This document shows, piece by piece, positions 63,656 through 64,000 of a stretch of DNA of 64,000 bases. This DNA is from Ostrea edulis (taxonomy: Eukaryota), in contig NC_079165.1 in the NCBI RefSeq assembly GCF_947568905.1, positions 60,450,001-60,514,000 of the forward strand, in the 5' to 3' direction. Each line of letters begins with the position of its first letter. Positions within the stretch are counted from its first letter, which is position 1. The translations under genes and the position numbers were made by a program. The notes under the pieces were generated by a model that was given only the letters and a program-made list of their open reading frames with translations, searched no databases and had not been told where the DNA came from.

Positions 63656-64000
63656 CTACATGTATAATGATTTTTGCAGTTTTAAAGCATCACTTCTTTT
63701 TCTGAAAGTTTGCACTAAATATTCACTCAATTTGACAATTACTGGTTTGTCTTCATTAATCATCAACCAAGTAAATTTGTCCTTATTTGTTAGATAGATA
63801 AAATTTTTGTTGAGCTTGTATATACCATTAAAAAACATATTTCTCTCTTCAACATAGAATGGACAATCAGTAAGGAAATGAAATTCATCTTCAACACAAT
63901 TAAGGTTACATAATTCACATATTCTTTTGTTTCTTTCTAAAGAAATCTTCTGGCCAGAATTGGATTTTGTAAATTCATATCTTCCTCTTTCAATTCGAAG
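63656..64000 (-). mobile_element. 3' end of a non-LTR retrotransposon ORF2 (CR1/L2 group), continuing beyond the window
   Basis: Open frame LRIERGRY...ERNKRICELCNLNCVEDEFHFLTDCPFYVEER..., the typical C-terminal CCHC-type motif, stopping at 63656. Confidence 0.8.

Overview
AT-rich, intron-rich animal DNA. The repeat families resemble those of oysters and related bivalves, but the taxon is an inference. I reconstructed genes by hand from GT-AG boundaries and checked their phases. (1) RRP8 rRNA methyltransferase (+, 6 coding exons, 538 aa). (2) A convergent 23-exon gene (-, 9748-26661, about 1090 aa) fusing a SufS/NifS-like PLP cysteine desulfurase to a bacterial-type TtcA tRNA 2-thiocytidine synthase domain. 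(3) A disrupted RBMX2 copy (+) spread across transposon insertions. (4) An unrecognised 167-aa coiled-coil gene (+, 60685-62720), with two extra inverted copies of its exons 2-3. Mobile DNA is dense: a 5.1-kb TTAA-flanked Kolobok(P)-like element whose decayed transposase ends in a Spindlin-type Tudor domain and whose target site overlaps the fusion gene's ATG, an apparently intact Sola2, an internally deleted ZNF862-like hAT, several Helentron-type (HINE) elements carrying satellite arrays, MITEs, SINE fragments and a LINE 3' end. The two strongest leads are the desulfurase-TtcA fusion and the transposase carrying a possible histone-methyl reader. No database searches were run; family assignments rest on motifs recalled from known proteins.
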